Source: Malacoraja senta
Lineage: Eukaryota
NCBI GenBank assembly: GCA_038087875.1
Contig: CM075996.1
Coordinates: forward strand, 5,272,001-5,336,000
Direction of reading: 5' to 3'
Length of the DNA stretch: 64,000 bases
Translations under genes and position numbers: made by a program
Notes under the pieces: model-generated
The model's input: the letters and a program-made list of their open reading frames with translations, nothing else
Database searches by the model: none
What the model was told of the DNA's origin: nothing
Shown: positions 62,125 to 64,000 of the stretch, one piece after another
Layout: each line of letters opens with the position of its first letter
Position numbering within the stretch: position 1 is the stretch's first letter

Positions 62125-64000
62125 TTAAGTACACAATTAGAAACACATTGTACACTTGCCCAAGGGGCAGAGAAAGGTCATTGCAGTAAAATGGAGATTC
62201 TCACTGCTGAAACTAAGTATCCAAATTGTATGGTAGCAAACATACTTCACCCAATGTGATTGACAAGAGAAAAATCTCCTCAATTGCTGCAAATGCCCAA
62301 GAGCTTAAAACTACCCTCGCATTTCAACAGTCACAGTAATACAGAAATACATCACTCGAGTTAACCCCCAAATCCTTTAAAACTCATTTAACTGCTTTGT
62401 GCAGAGGCTGTGCTCAATGCCCTACAAGATTCCAAGATGATACTGGTCTGCACGATGTTTTTAAAGGCTTTCCGTCTTGGTGACCAAGCTTTAATTCGAA
62501 TCATGACTACAGGAGTGAGAGAAAGATCAAATTTAATGATCAACTGTTTTGAGCGTACATAATTCCACTTTCTAGACCACTTCCCGCAATAGAGGTTGCT
62601 CCTCCCTTCAGAACCTGGCTATGGCATAAGATTTGGGGTGGCACGGTGGCACAGCGATAGAGTTGCTGCCTTCCAGCGCCGGAGACCCAGGTTCGATCCA
62701 GACTACTGGCTGTACGGAGTTTGTACGTTTTCCCCGTGATTGCGTGGGTTTCTCCCCCCCCGAGATCTTCGGTTTCCTCCCACACTCCAAAGACGTACAG
62801 GTCTGTAGGTTAATTGGCTTGGGATAGTATACTTGGTATAAGTGTAAATTGTCCTTAGGCTTGTGTTAATGTGTGGGATCGCTGGTCAGCACACTCGGTG
62901 GGCCGAAGGGCCTGCTTCTGCGCTCTTTCTCTAAACTAAACCTGTGCACAGCAAATGGACACCGCTGCTCACCGACCTACACTGGCTCCCCACGTCATAA
63001 TGCTGCAATTTAGAAAATAGGCAATAGATAATAGGTGCAGGAGTAGGCCATTTGGCCCTTCGAGCCAGCACCACCATTCAATGTGATCATGGCTGATCAT
63101 CCCCAATCAGTACCCCGTTCCTGCCTTCTCCCCTGACTCCGCTATTTTTAAGAGCCCTATCTAGCTCTCTCTTGAAAGCATCCAGAGAACCTGCCCCCAC
63201 CACCCTCCGAGGCATAGAATTCCAGACTCACCACTTTCTGTGAGAAAAAGTGTTTCCTCGTCTCTGTTCTAAATGGCTTACTCCTTATTCTAAAACTGTG
63301 GCCCCTGGTTCTGGACTCCCCCAACATCGGGAACACGCTTCCTGCCTCTAGCGTGTCCAAACCCTTAACAATCTTATATGTTTCAATGAGATTCCCTCTC
63401 ATCCTTCTAAACTCCAGATTGTACAAGCCCAGTGTACAAGTCCATTTAAAATCTTTATTTTACAATCCCTTCCCGGTTCTGTCTCCGATAACCATTTTCA
63501 ACTGTACAATCCACACAGACTTCTGTGCATCTCAAAATTTGTCCTCTTGCCATCCTAATTTTAATAATTCCACCAATGCGGCTGTTCTTTCAGTTGCCTC
63601 GGCTCAGAAAATATGACTCCTTCAGTAAACTGCTCCAAGACATTCCTGAAAGCCTTGCAACTTTGCGCAATCTTAGCCGCCAGTCCCCATACCTTCTCGA
63701 GTTAGATGTCAAATTTTATTTGACAACGTCCTTGTGAAATGCCTTGGGATGCTTTGCTGTCAAGGAGTTGAGAAGTGGGGAGATATACAAATAAGGTTGG
63801 TTGTGTAATAAAGCAGTTCAGTTTATTGCCACGTGTACGGAGGTACAGCGAAAAGCTTTTGCTGCGTGCTAACCACAGCAGAAAGACAACACATGATAAC
63901 AGTCGAGCCATTTACAGTGTATAGATAAATGATATGGGAATAACGTTTAGTGCAAGGTAAAGCCAGTAAAGTCCGAGGGTCACCAATGAGGTAGATAGCA

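Overview
Vertebrate genomic DNA. The repeat content points to a cartilaginous fish, probably a skate or ray (inference). Two convergent protein-coding genes can be supported. TEF (PAR-bZIP, + strand) has coding exons at 19057-19368, 21234-21457 and 24292-24507; its first exon was not found. TOB2 (- strand) has a single coding exon at 52454-53368 and an apparently TE-free 3' UTR of about 5.9 kb. The rest is dense, often nested mobile DNA: CR1, Rex1/Babar, L1 and Tx1 LINE fragments, tRNA-derived SINEs, a deleted Tc1, several PIF/Harbinger-type MITEs, an unclassified TIR element with a 7-bp TSD, and many Penelope-like element (PLE) ends carrying minimal hammerhead-ribozyme motifs. There is a 200-N gap at 10012-10211. 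Main observations: (1) one PLE arm at 45067-45178 differs from sibling copies only by about 14 T>C changes (A>G on the minus strand), which looks like ADAR hyper-edited RNA written back into the genome; (2) PLE hammerhead motifs, including a well-paired sense-strand copy inside a TEF intron; (3) a Pro/Ser/Ala-rich ORF, absent from the ORF track, in a Harbinger-like element at the window start. Most short ORFs in the track are repeat-derived or spurious. All comparisons were made by eye.
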